NCBI GenBank assembly: GCA_043228905.1
Contig: JBHGNT010000014.1
Span: 11,718,001-11,782,000 of the forward strand
From: Azolla caroliniana
Lineage: Eukaryota > Plantae > Polypodiophyta
Reading direction: 5' to 3'
DNA length: 64,000 bases
Under the pieces are notes generated by a model. That model made no database searches. It had not been told where the DNA came from and saw nothing but the letters and a program-made list of their open reading frames with translations. Position 1 is the stretch's first letter, and the number at the start of each line of letters is the position of its first letter. Made by a program: the position numbers and the translations under genes. Of the stretch, positions 51,091-63,700 are shown piece after piece.

Positions 51091-53691
51091 CTATCTGGGA
51101 TCAGGACGTTGGAGTCTTGAAGAGAGGTATACCTGACTATGGGACATACTGTCCTCCCTGGGCCTTACGGTGGAGTGGAGGAGAGCTAGAGATTGCATTA
51201 CAAGAGGAGATGCAGAGGGGGTACTTTCTGCCGAGTCTATTGGCCAATTTGGATTCCACTTTTCAACCTGGTCTTCTTCTAAGATTTGCACCACTGAAGC
51301 CATGGAGGGGCGTGAGTTCGGCTCCGATTGAACACACCCCAACGCCAGCGTAAAGAGTCTCTTGAAGCTCTCCGTGGATACACTCGTCCTCACCAACTGC
51401 TTGTCCAGCACATTATCCACCACTTTTTCAGCATCGTAACTGAAAGAATTGAAACCTATGCATCCGGTAGGATTTGATAACAGTAATGAAGATGATGATG
51501 CTGACATTGATGATGAAGATGATGATGATTTTACCACGCTTAACGCCCATGCTGGCAAGTAGCCCTTCTCCGAATCCAAGCACCTCCTCCCCGTTATCAA
51601 CTCGAGCAAAACTACTCCATAGCTGTACACGTCCGACTTCGACGTTATGGACGTTTCTTGTAGCCATTCTGGAGCCAGATATCCCCTTGTCCCTTTCAAT
51701 GTAGTCATCATAAATCCCTGCATCTCATTCCCATCGATCAGCTTGGCAAGGCCGAAATCCGCAACTTTGGCATTGAAGTCTTCGTCTAAGAGAATGTTCT
51801 CAGGCTTCACATCGCAATGAACAATGTGCTCGGGTCCGCACTGATGGTGGAGATACTCGAGGCCCCGGGCTGTGTGAAGAGCTATCTTATATCTGGTTTC
51901 CCAATCTAAAACAAAGTTACTCTCTCCGTCTTTTTCTTTCCTAAACAACCATCTATCCAATGACCCTCCTGCCATGAACTCATAGACTAGTAGTCTGTAA
52001 TCCCCCTCCACACAAAACCCCCTCAGCCTAACCAGATTCACATGTGAAACACTTCCTATAGTGGCTACCTCTGCCTGGAATTGCTGTGTGCTGTGTGCAA
52101 TTTCTCCAGCTCCTCCTTGATCCAGTTTTTTCACTGCTATTTTCACCCTTGTTGAGCCCAGTTCTCCCTCGTAGACTGATCCGAACCCACCTGACCCGAG
52201 CTTCTTTGAGAAATCACCCGTCGCAAGCTGCAAATCCCGGTATGTGAACTGGGGTGGAAGCCGGGGAAGGTTTTGTAAGAAAATCTTGACGGCGAACTCA
52301 TCAGAACGCAGTTTCCTTCGTCTCTGAAGGAGGAAGAGTATGAGCAGACCAATGATTAAAAAGGAAATAGTGCCTACCACAGCCCCTGCGATTATGGCCG
52401 TAGAGCAATCCTTGGGTTTGGTGATCTTGAGGAACATGAGTTGGCTACTGTTGTTTGGGCCGCCCTCTGGGATCGTGTAGAGGATAGGGAAGAGAGAGCA
52501 AGAAGAGGTGGACAAATCGAAGAGAGCGGCATTGCATGAACTATTTGCAGAGCAAAGCTGAAGACATTCACTCTGAGATGCCACCGTGTGTGGGGAGAAC
52601 TGGGGATGGAAGACAACATTGATAGGTTTCATGTTGTATTTGTAGTTAGATGGTTTGCAATCGTTGCTTGAATTTGAAATGAATCCTGGGGGGCATTTGC
52701 AGGTGAGGTTTGGACCATTTGGTGTGCAGAGTCTATACTGGCCTTCACATGTTTTTGGCATGTAGCAAGGCTCAATAGTGGAGTTGTAATACTCAACATT
52801 CTGGGATCCATTCCAGTAATTTATCAAGAGATTGCCATCTTTCACATAACCAGACCTTATTGGGAAACTTGTGTTGAGGCTCTGGTTTGTATTGGACGGA
52901 ACTGTAGCCATAAGATTAGATGACCCATCATAGTATTCAATGGCATTTCCTACCATTACATGATCCACTAATGCTGCATTAATCGTTGATTCGGACCCAT
53001 TGTATGGATTAAAGCTATGGTAAGCATACATATTCTCAAGCAGAACCATGAGAAGGTGACCCCTTGGGCTCAAAACAAGGGCATAATCTCCAGGGGTGCT
53101 GAATTTACCGCCCAGTGGCACACTCACGCGCTCGTAAAGTGTGGTATTTCGGGTGAAATCCATACCCGAAGGGAACAGAAAGATGTCCTTGAAGGCAGTG
53201 AAGCTTTGCCAGATGACGAGTTGAGTGGCGTTGATGAGGACAAGGTTGCCGTCCTCACGAAGCGTCATGTTTTGGACGCCCAAGCCAGCCGTGTTTGATG
53301 TCCACACGACATGTTCGTTATCACTATAGAATGAGAGCTCGCCATTCTCAGCTAGGACGAGTTTGCACGCGGAGCCTTGTACGGGGCTCGGTTTGATGTT
53401 GAAAGACCATATGGCTGCGTTGGCATCTCTCTTTTCGTATAGAACTCCACACATGCAGTAATCCAAGCCCTTATCCGTCCATTTAATGAACTCGAGGTTG
53501 AAGAGATTAGTTTTGGAGGAGATGAGAACTTTGTTGTTCTGGTCAGGGATTAAAGTTGTTCCTATTGATACAGAGCTCGGATGGGATGATTTGGCATGTA
53601 TGAGTATCGTTGTGGAACGATGGAGGGGAAGAAGAAGAAGAAGGGCTAGTCCTAACACACCTGAATTAAGCAAGAGATTCATCAAAGCCAA
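51091..53691 (-). CDS. G-type (bulb) lectin S-domain receptor-like Ser/Thr kinase, SD2-type, intronless, 866 aa
   Basis: Signal peptide; B-lectin (VWTSNT, LREDGNLVL, IWQSF); EGF-like and PAN cysteine modules; TM segment; kinase motifs GSGGFG, AVKKL, HCDVKPENILL, DFG, GTRGYLAPEW. Confidence 0.95.
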   Translation of the reverse strand: MALMNLLLNSGVLGLALLLLLPLHRSTTILIHAKSSHPSSVSIGTTLIPDQNNKVLISSKTNLFNLEFIKWTDKGLDYCMCGVLYEKRDANAAIWSFNIKPSPVQGSACKLVLAENGELSFYSDNEHVVWTSNTAGLGVQNMTLREDGNLVLINATQLVIWQSFTAFKDIFLFPSGMDFTRNTTLYERVSVPLGGKFSTPGDYALVLSPRGHLLMVLLENMYAYHSFNPYNGSESTINAALVDHVMVGNAIEYYDGSSNLMATVPSNTNQSLNTSFPIRSGYVKDGNLLINYWNGSQNVEYYNSTIEPCYMPKTCEGQYRLCTPNGPNLTCKCPPGFISNSSNDCKPSNYKYNMKPINVVFHPQFSPHTVASQSECLQLCSANSSCNAALFDLSTSSCSLFPILYTIPEGGPNNSSQLMFLKITKPKDCSTAIIAGAVVGTISFLIIGLLILFLLQRRRKLRSDEFAVKIFLQNLPRLPPQFTYRDLQLATGDFSKKLGSGGFGSVYEGELGSTRVKIAVKKLDQGGAGEIAHSTQQFQAEVATIGSVSHVNLVRLRGFCVEGDYRLLVYEFMAGGSLDRWLFRKEKDGESNFVLDWETRYKIALHTARGLEYLHHQCGPEHIVHCDVKPENILLDEDFNAKVADFGLAKLIDGNEMQGFMMTTLKGTRGYLAPEWLQETSITSKSDVYSYGVVLLELITGRRCLDSEKGYLPAWALSVVKSSSSSSSMSASSSSLLLSNPTGCIGFNSFSYDAEKVVDNVLDKQLVRTSVSTESFKRLFTLALGCVQSEPNSRPSMASVVQILEEDQVEKWNPNWPIDSAESTPSASPLVMQSLALLHSTVRPREDSMSHSQVYLSSRLQRPDPR

Positions 53692-53869
53692 TGGCTAATT
53701 GGTGTGAATAATTTAGAAGCTGAAGCTCATTAAAATCTTTAATGTGGTATTCTCATATCATGTGTTTACAAGGGAAGACTGAAAAGATGGTAAAATGGCT
53801 AGCTGTGTGAGCATTTTTTGTTTTGTTTATATCATATCATCTCTTTGGACCAATTCTTTGGACCAAAAG

Positions 53870-56575
53870 TTACTTAACTAGGTTCACACCTAACAGTTAA
53901 CTAGATTCACGTATTAGATTATGGTCTTTTCAGAAACACCAAAGGTGGTTGAATGGATGCAGTTATATGGACTGTAGAACACCTAAACCATCTACTTGTG
54001 TGCATTTTTTGTTAAACTTTCTAGCAAAGTCTATCATGTAGTATACTACATAAGAATGAAGGCGTGGTATTGTAGGAGCTTTTTATTATGGATCATTAAC
54101 ACATCCATACGAACAACATGAACCGTGTTTGTATTCTGAGGTGACACGCTTGGAGGTGTGTCTGCCCCGCTTGACTCTTGTGCCAGATCTGGGGCACGTT
54201 GTGGGTCGTGTGGGTTGTAGGGGTCTTTTCAGAAACACCTAAGGTGAATGAATGGATGCAGTTATTTACTGTAGAACACCTTAATCATCTACTTATGTGC
54301 ATTTTTTGTTAAAATTTCTAGCAAGAGTCTATCATATAGTATTACTATATAAGAATGAAGGCATGGTATTATAGGAAGGACAAAAATATGGTTATAGCAT
54401 CTTTTTGTCTCAGGTATAGAAAAAGAGCTTTTCTTGAAAAGTATGTGTGTACATAGTATTATAGGGCATTTGTTTTCTGGAAAAAGGGAATATCTTCATT
54501 AGAAAAAGCATATGTTTAACGATAGAATGAATACTAGTGTATCATAGGGGCTTACTTTAAAGGTCATAGCATGCAATATTGGCATATTTGATCATCGAGG
54601 CTTCTTTCAACTTATTTTGGAGACTAAGGACAGAAGAAAAAGGTGTATGGCACCATGCAATCAGTATTCTCACATTTTAAAGACTAAATTTAGTTATTGA
54701 GGCTTATTTTGGAGACAAAGAAGGACAAAGAAGAAAAAGGTGTATAGCACCATGCAATCAGTATTCTCACATTTTAAAGACTAAATTTAGTTATTGAGGC
54801 TTCTTTCACCTTATTTTGGAGACAAAGAACGACAAAGAAGAAAAAGGTGTATGGCACCATGCAATCAGTATTCTCACATTTTAAAGATGAAATTTAATTA
54901 TTGAGGCTTCTTTCAACTTATTTTGGAGTCAAAGAAGGGCAAAGAAGAAAAAGGTGTATTGCACCATGCAATCAATATTCTCACATTTAAAAAACCTATT
55001 TCAAACTAATATGCAATAGAAGAACCAATTTGTTATTTTATGCCTAGGAGGCATTAATTTGCTAAAAGTCTTTTTTTCTACTAATCAAAATACTTGATAT
55101 TCTAGACTTGAGCCCTCTATTGATATTTTGAAACTTAAGTGGTTTTCACATTCACAAGTGTCGTGGAAATCTAGTTTTATATAAAGAAATATATAATTGT
55201 TCTACCAAAGATTTTAGGAATGCCGTTTTTACTTGATTTTAAAATGCCATATCTTTCGTTTTGTGAGCCTTGGAAGTATACTTAGGAGAAAAAACATCCA
55301 CTCTTTAAATGATTGAATGTGTATAGGGAGGAGAGAACTAAAATAACAAGACAAAGAGAGATGAGAGACATGGATAACATGTTATCTTGTGCTTTGTGTG
55401 AAATATAGGGTGTTAGAAAGGTTTGGATTGCTCGGAACTGGGAGGAGATTGTTAAAGTCTTTTGCAATGTAGGAGTTAGGATACTTTAACAACCAACTAA
55501 ATAGGGGCTTGTTGTACCATATTAGTTGCTAACATAGTTCAATAGTGATCAATGACCTAACACAATTAATTGTAGAAAATGCAGGGATGTTAGACTAACT
55601 CTCACACAACAAGATCACTTAGAAGACTTAAGCAAAAATCAGCACATTAAGAAATACGAGGTTGTTATTAAAAAGATGTAGAATGGTTTTATAACCAATA
55701 CCTATATGTAATAGGAAACCCAATGGTCACTTAACTAAGTTCACACCCAACGATTACTTAACTAGGTTCACACTATTGTAACTATGTTCACATGCAACAA
55801 TTACATAACTAGGTTCACACTATTGTAGCTATGTTCACACCCAACAATTATTTAACAAGATTCACTGTATTGTAACTATGGTGTGGAACTCAAACACCAA
55901 GAAGACGTGTACCTTAATCATCTACTTGTGTGCATTTTTTGTTAAAGTTTCTAGCGTTGTACAATCATATGGGATAGTATATAAAAATGAAGGCGTGGTA
56001 TTGTAGGAGGTTTTTATTTTTGAGAAAACAGAATATTTTGCATAGAAAAAAATATCAAGAAGGATAAAAATATGGTTATAGCATTATTGACGATACTTTT
56101 TGTCTCGGGTACAAAAAAAAGAGCTTTTCTTGAAAGAGAAGTATGTGTACATTGTATTATAAGGCATTTGTTTTTCTGGAAAAAGGGAATATCTTCATTA
56201 GAAGAAGCATATGTTCAACGATAGAATGAATACTAGTGTATCATAGAGGCTAACTTTAAAGATCGTAGCATGCAATATTGGCATATTTGATTATTGAGGC
56301 TTCTCTCAGCTTATTTTGGAGACAACGAAGAAAAAGGTATATGGCACCATGCAACCAATATTCTCACATTTTAAAGACCAATTTTAGATTATGCAGCAGA
56401 AGATTCACCAATTTGTTATTTTCTACCTAGGAGGCATTAATTTGCTAAAAGAAGTTTTTTCTACTAATCAAAATACCTAATATTCTATAGTTGAGACCTC
56501 CATTGATATCTTGAAAATAACTGGTTTTTATGTACAAAGTTTCATGGAAATCTAGTTTTATATAAAGAAATATGT
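53870..56575. repeat. Locally duplicated repeat block upstream of the RLK (copies near 53980, 54277 and 55911), with a related copy in intron 1 of the At4g15545-like gene (~45921-46072)
   Basis: Shared ..ATCATCTACTTGTGTGCATTTTTTGTTAAA.. core; 54277-55195 aligns with 55911-56572; TTACTTAACTAGGTTCACAC minisatellite at 53870 and 55725-55880. Confidence 0.8.
54597..54990. repeat. ~95-107-bp tandem repeat, ~4 copies
   Basis: TTATTTTGGAG..AAAAAGGTGTATGGCACCATGCAATCAGTATTCTCACATTT repeated; single copy in the paralogous block at ~56295-56380. Confidence 0.9.
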
Positions 56576-56599
56576 TCAAGTTCCCTGGAATGCATGTTA

Positions 56600-57188
56600 T
56601 TTTTAATGCTTGTGAACTAACAAGAGTTTGTGAAGTCTCATCTTCATCATCATTGGCAATTAATGCATTGTCTTCATCCAATTGTAATCCAACCTCACCT
56701 TGGTTATGAGGCATGCTTCTTGTTTCTCTTTATGTGGTGTCTGGAGCCACATTTGGGATCTTCTCTTTTAGTATCTTGATTGTGGTCTGTCGCAGATGGC
56801 TTGTTTTGGTCAAAGAGATGTCATACACTAGTATGTCAACATTATCCAGTGTGAGAGTAGACATGCTCGGTACATTCTTTCTTCTTTACTTTCTACTTGT
56901 GCCTCCAACATCCTTGACCATATCTAAAGAGTACTTTCTAGTAAATGCATCAGAGAACGAGGTGTGATGCCAATGAACCACTATGGACTTAACTTGATTG
57001 CCTTGTTCATCCTTCATTATTTCTAGAATTTTAGCAATCTAGAATGGATTGCCCAACTCATCATCCCTAGCTAATGTTGCAATCGACATCCCAATTTGTA
57101 GCTCATGCAAATTGCCTTGTCATCTTGCCTTTGTAGTACGAGATATTCTTGGTCCCACGTAAATATCTCGAGCTGGATTATTGAGTTC
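56600..57188 (-). pseudogene. Decayed coding fragment, probably the C-terminal part of a DNA-transposon protein, cut by Copia-6
   Basis: One frame with three stops: DIYVGPR..ELQIGMSIATLARDDELGNPF*IAKILE..VVHWHH..DILVYDISLTKTSHLRQTTIKILKE; family assignment is inference. Confidence 0.5.
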
Positions 57189-57769
57189 TGTTGAATGGAA
57201 AAGCTCAACTGGATCTGGATCGGCTGAATAAGCCAGAGCCGGATCGGTGTCCGGAACCAAGAGCTGGATTAGATTGTAACCGGTAGACCGTTAGAGGCCT
57301 ATGAATCTAGCCTAGTACGCAAGCGTATTTTTGGGAGTTAGTGTTAGTCGCCCATATGAGCATTGAAGTACCTGTCAATACTTCTGTTAGTCCTTTTAAG
57401 GACTTGTATAAAAAGTGTTATGTAGGACATTTGTAAACATACAGAGTGTTATTATTTTGAATTGTGTTCATGCCTTTTGCTCTCTCTATCTCTCATGTGT
57501 ATCTTAAGCTTCCATTAAACCTTTCTTTGTTTTTTTGTTGCTGACCGGATAAACCGGTTTGTCAAAGCTTCCGCATATTAATTTTGACATGGTATCAGAG
57601 CGCGAGGGTTGAAAACCTTTGCTACCGACAAGCGTTCTTTTTTCAAAAACAAACCCTAATCACCAGTAAAAGAACAAACCAAAAAGAGAAGGTATGGACA
57701 GAAGCATGGCGAGCTCGTTTCCAACAGAAAAGCTCGACCGGAGCAACTATGCGTCTTGGTCATATAAAA

Positions 57770-60700
57770 TGTTGAGAGACAAGCTCAACATTGGGTGTGT
57801 AAACGAGTGCGTAACCTAGTGCGTAGACTGGGTGCATAAAACCTGTAGCGGTGTGTAAACCGAGAGGCCGTTAGAATGTTATTCCTCGTAAGGAATAATT
57901 TTGGGAGTAAGTGTAGGATGCTCATTTATGAGCGGTCAACTATTGTAAGTACTTGTGTCAGCCCAATAGTCAGGGCTTGTATAAAAGGTGCTCACTAAGC
58001 ACAAAGTATGTACAAAGAACATACAGAGAATTATTTTTGAATATAGTTTCGTTTTTCTGCTCTCTCTCTCTCTCTTTGTCTCTCCCTCTCTCTCTATGTG
58101 ATTTTTGCGTTTTTACCGAACTGTCGTACTTCCGAACCGTGTACTCTATGTCTTTCGCATACGCTTTCGCACACGTATTCTTTTACATGGTATCAGAGCG
58201 CAAGGGTTGAGACTCCTCTACAACCAACAGAAAAACTTGCGATAAAGACAAAACTAAGCCATTGTTTTCGGAAAGGATAAAACAACAATATGGACAGAGG
58301 AATGGGAAGCTCGCTACCTACTGAGAAGCTCGACAGGAGCAACTACGCATCTTGGTCGTACAAGATACACTAGTACCTCCTTGTTCATGGATGTTGGAGT
58401 TATGTCGAAGGAGCTAATGATACAACACCCGAATTGACACACAGAGATTTTTGGCTTGGGAACAAGCGGCAAGCAGAGTTCTTTACTACTTCGCGTCCTG
58501 TGTGAGCGACCAACTCTTGAGCTACATTCGGGATGCTAAGATGCCAAAGGACTCATGGGCGAATCTCAAAGGGATTTTCGCCGCTAGCACAACGACCAGG
58601 AAGCTGCAGCTTAGGCATGAGCTCAACAATGTTCGACAGAAAGATCTGTTTGTGACCGATTACACGACCCGAATCAAGGAGATCTGCGACTCTCTCGCCT
58701 CCGTCAACGTGAGCGTCGAGGAGGACGAAATGGTGCAGGTTTGTCTTGGAGGGTTAGCGTCAAAGTTCAGAGCATTCCGAACGGCAGTTTGCACAAGGGA
58801 GAATACGCCTTTGTTTTTCGAGCTTCAGTCAATGTTGCTTGTGGAGGAAAATCACACGGGTGCGTCGATGAGTACGCACGCCGACGGTAGGATGCTGTAC
58901 ATGGAGGAAGATAGGCCCCGTGGTCATGGCGGATGAGGCGGACCGGCGCGCAATGGAGGCGGCCGAAAAGAGCAGAACGTGTAGTGTAATCGAAATGCCG
59001 AAAGGAATTCCAAACCCTCCGGACGCAGGGTGAGTCATAGCGGTGCAGAAGCCGGCAAGAGAAGGCCGCAACGGATTGCTGGTACTGTGGCAAGAAAGGC
59101 CATAGAGAGAGCGAGTGCTGGAAGAAGAGAGCTGATTAAGACAAAGTCGGATCGAGTGAAAGAGACGCAGGAAGACGTCAGAAATCGCACTACACCGAGG
59201 GCTCTGAACAAGCCGGAAATGGATCAGGCCCAGCCTTCGTAATGAAGTACAAGGCCAATTCGATGACCGTGAACACCTCGAAATTGAGTGAGCTGTGGTA
59301 TGTTGATTCCGGAGCATCAAATCATTTGACGAGTCATGAGGAATGGTTCTCGTACTTGGAGAAACTGGAAAAGCAAGGAGTGGTCGAAACGGGAGACGAC
59401 ACTCTGCATACCATCGAACATGTTAGAGAAGTTCCTCTCAGCCACGTCGGGCAGAAAGGGAAACTTATGAATGTGTTGCATGTCCCGACAATAACCAAGA
59501 ACCTGGTGTCGGTCGGTCAGATCGTTGACCAGGGGATGCAAGTTCGATTCACACACCTTGGGTGCTACGTTGAAGAGGAAGGCCAAGTTATCGCGCAAGA
59601 GCGCCGTGAAGGGAGCATGTTCATTGACACCAACCAAACCGGAACCGCGCTATTCACGAAAGGACAGAAGGTCAAATTGGATATCGACTTGTGGCACAAG
59701 CGGATCGGCCACGTTAACTTCCCATGGCTTCGTGAAATGCAGACGAAGAATATTGTTTTCGGATTGCCAAAATTTCGGGGCCCTAATGGCCAAGTCTTCG
59801 AAGTTGCCAACTAGGGAAGTAGCACCGACTTCCGTTCCCAAACGAGCATAATTGGAGTCGAAATTCGCTCGACTTAGTCCATTCGGATGTATGGGGACCG
59901 ACATAGAACGTGATTCTTAGTGGAAGCCGTTAGTTCGTAACCATTGATGACTTCACTTGGTACACTTGGGCGTGCTTGATCGCGAAAAAGAGCAAAGTCT
60001 TCACGTGGTTCCTGAAGGTGAAGAGCCTTGCGGAAAGGGAAATTGGGTGTAAGATCAAGTGCCTACGGTCCGATGGCGAGAAGGAGTACTTTTCCGACCA
60101 GTTCATGAGTTATCTACAGAAGGAGGGAATTCAACGTGAATTCTCGTGTAGATATACGCCAGAGCATAACGACGTAGCCGAGCGGAAGAATCAGACAATC
60201 GAAGAAGCGGCCAGGGCAATGCTTGAAGAGAAGCATATGCCGAAGTTTTACTGGGCTGAAGCTGTAAGGACAACTATTTATTTGTAGAATCGGACTTCTG
60301 CTAATGGAGGAGTGCTGCCACATGTGTTGTATTACGGGAAGAAGCTGAACCTGGCACACCTGAGGATTTTCAACAACATCGCATACGTGCATGTGCCGAA
60401 GGAGAAGAGGAGGTAGCTGGACGCCAAAGCTGAGAAGTGTATCTTGATCGTCTATTCAAATGAGCAAAAGGGGTATAAGTGCTATAACCCCCAAAAAAAG
60501 GAAGTTCGCATAAGCCGAGATGTCGTGTTTGATGAGTCCACTTCGTGGTACTTGCCTTCACCTCCAATACCTCATGACTCCATTCCGAATTCTGAAGAAG
60601 AGGTTAGTGAAAAGAGAGATGATGATAGAAAAGAGAGAGAAGGAAGATATAGAAACCCAAATCTACAAAGATATATTAATAAGGAGTGATGATCATAGAA

Positions 60701-63700
60701 ACAAGAGAAAGAAGATACATAAACTCAAGCCTACAAGGATGAATTGATCACTAGAAAAACGCACTACATGAATAGGCAAGAAAAACACCACCAGAAAAAC
60801 TCTTCCTCACCACCTCACTCTTCTTGCTTTATATGAAGTTCTCCTCTAGTAGATAAGTTTCGCTTGCTTTCTTTTCCACGCTTTTTTTAGAGCTTTTCCA
60901 TCTCCTATTCTTAGCTATGACACAACGATCTTCTAATCATCATATCTCCCTCATCCATGCTCCAAATTTAGAGTTTTAAAAAGCTACGGATAGCTCTCGT
61001 CATAAGCTTTCTAACCCATATTTGCACATTATATTTGGCTTCCAAAAGAATGAGTTATGGGCGTTCGTTGTAGACTGTATTTTGGTGGCCCGTTTTTTTC
61101 TTCTTTGACTTTTCTCCATCTTTCTTGCTTTTAGTTTGACTTATACTTGAAACCTTAGCTCGTGTTCTTGGCCTTCGGGTGTGAATGCTCCATACCTTAT
61201 ATTTTTGTAGACTTCAATACCTTGAATTCTAAAAACACTTTCACAGTTAGCAAGGCCGAGTTGCCTCCGTGTGATGAGGAAATTGGAGCTTTGACAGAGA
61301 GTCCGATCTCATTTTGGCTAAGCGGGCCAAATGAGGGGTTGGGCCGAGATGGCCAACCAAACAAAGAGCTGACGAGTAGTGGAGACTCGACAGTGTTGTC
61401 CCCGTGTAAAGAATCGAGGAGACGGTTTACGTGTAAAGAAAAAGGGAAGAAGAAAATGCCAGAATACGATATTGGTAGTGCCGAGTATGATTGGAGCGAA
61501 TCAGACTTCGGGCTATTCGAGAAGGAACCACCACGGAAGAGGTTGAAATCGAACGAAAAGGTCGTGAAATCGGGTAATCACGAATTACGCAGATCTACCC
61601 GCTTGAAGAACCCCGCAAAAAGATACGGGTACAATGAATACATGGCGCACCATTATGCGTACATGCGGAAGTGCGTGAGCTGGAGTGGCGGAAGTGCGTG
61701 AGCCGGAGAGCTACGTAGAAGCGACAAAAGACGCGAATTGGCGTGCCGCGATGGAGGAAGAGATGCGCGCTTTAATGGACAACGAGACTTGGGACCTGGT
61801 TGACGCACCTAAAGGTGTTAAGCCGACCAAATGCAGATGGGTGTTTAAGGTGAAATACAACACCGAAGGCTCGGTCAATTGATATAAGGCCTATTTGGTT
61901 GCGAAAGGCTACGCGTAGAAGCACGACGTCGATTACGACGAGACCTTCGCGCCTGTCACGAAGATGACTACCGTGCGTGTTTTGCGAACCGTTGCAACGG
62001 CGAAGGGGTGGCACTTACATCAGATGGATGTAAAAAATGCATTCCTGCAAGGCGATCTTGAGGAATACCTGTACATGGTACAACCCCCTGGATTTCTATC
62101 CGAACAGAACATTTCGGTAGTCTGCCGATTGGAGAAGGAGTTATACGGACTTAAACAAGCCCCGCGAGCTTGGAACACGAAGATTACGCAACGGTTGTGT
62201 AGAATGGGGTTTACGAAGTTCAAGTCGAACTCTTCATTGTTCACTCGGCAAGGTCAACATGGACCGGTTAGCCTTCCACTGTATGTTGATGATTTAGTCA
62301 TCGCCGGTGCCGACATGGAAGAAATCGGCCGCGTCGAGTCTCAACTCGCGACATCTTTCGAAATGAAGGTTCTTGGAGACCTTCATTATTTCCTCGGGAT
62401 CAAAGTGATCCTCACCCTCGAAGGCATATTGATCAGTCAGCGTCATTATGCGTTGAATATGCTCTTCAAGTTCGGGATGGTAGATTGTAAGCCCATCTCG
62501 ACCCCTCTGGATGGAAACGTAAAGCTTCGCCGAGATTCGGGTAAGGTGTGCAACCCGACACGGTTCCGACAGATTGTCAGAAACCTAATTTACTAGACGA
62601 TTACTCGGCCGGATCTCAGCTACCCGGTCGGAATGATCAATCCATTTATGTCGCAACCCATGTCTGAACACCTTCAGTGCATGCAAAGGATATTACAATA
62701 TGTTAGCGACACGAAAGACATGGCGTTGTTGTATCGTATAGGCGTAGCCGAACCATTTGTTGGCTACACGGATGCTGATTGGGCCGGAAATGCCCACGAT
62801 CGTAGATCCACATCCGGATACGCATTCTCGTTGGGAAGTGCGGCGATGACGTGCTGCAGTAAGAAGCAACCAATAGTAGCATTGTCGAGCACGGAGGCCA
62901 AATATCGAGGGGCGTCTGTCGCTACGTGCGAAGTCAGTTGACTGAAATGGCTATTATGGGATCTGCATGTGGAGGTTTCTGATCCGATTATGATCTATTG
63001 AGACAACCTCAGTAGCATCCACCTCGTGAAGAACCCTGTATTCCACGCCCGGACCAAGCACATTGAGGTGCACTACCATTTTGTCTGCGAGCATGTCCTT
63101 TCCGGTGAAGTCGAACTAGCGTATGTTCCGACGGGTCGCAGATTGCTGACATCCTCACCAAGCCCCTTGGTCTTGGCAAGTTACGACATTTCTCAGGTGT
63201 GCTTGGGTTGTGTCACCTCGACACGCCGAACTTGAGGGGGAGACAAGAACATGAGCGTGAAAGGAGCGATAATGACCGCGATGCCGAATTGGATGAAGAA
63301 TTCAATTTCGGGTCAGTTGAAGAAGCCGAAGAAGAAAATAGGGGCTGTAAACACAAGGAAGAGCCAAAGACAGCCGAACAAAAGGGAAATATAGCCAAGA
63401 CAGGCGTAAAGGCCAAGACCAAGATGAGGTCAGATGTTGTCAAGGGCCTGAAAACAGAAGATGAGTTGGAGACAGCCAATTCGGGTGAAAGTGGAATTGA
63501 ATTGGAAGTGACCGATTCAATCGAAATGTTCGATTCGGACATTACAAATCGACTGAGGGCCAAGCGGAGGAAAGGGGTAGCGAAAGAGGTGCCAACACTA
63601 TGACAACAAGGGAGCTAAGAAGGGCCGCATGAGCAGACAAGCTGACTGGAAGGGTTGAAGCACGCGGAATCAAACGGGTTGAGGAGCGCGAGCGAGGCGT

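Noticed and set aside
54597-54990. CRISPR-like array or satellite
   Set aside because: Eukaryotic context; units are whole tandem duplications with no unique spacers (also true of 3169-3400 and 48084-48520)
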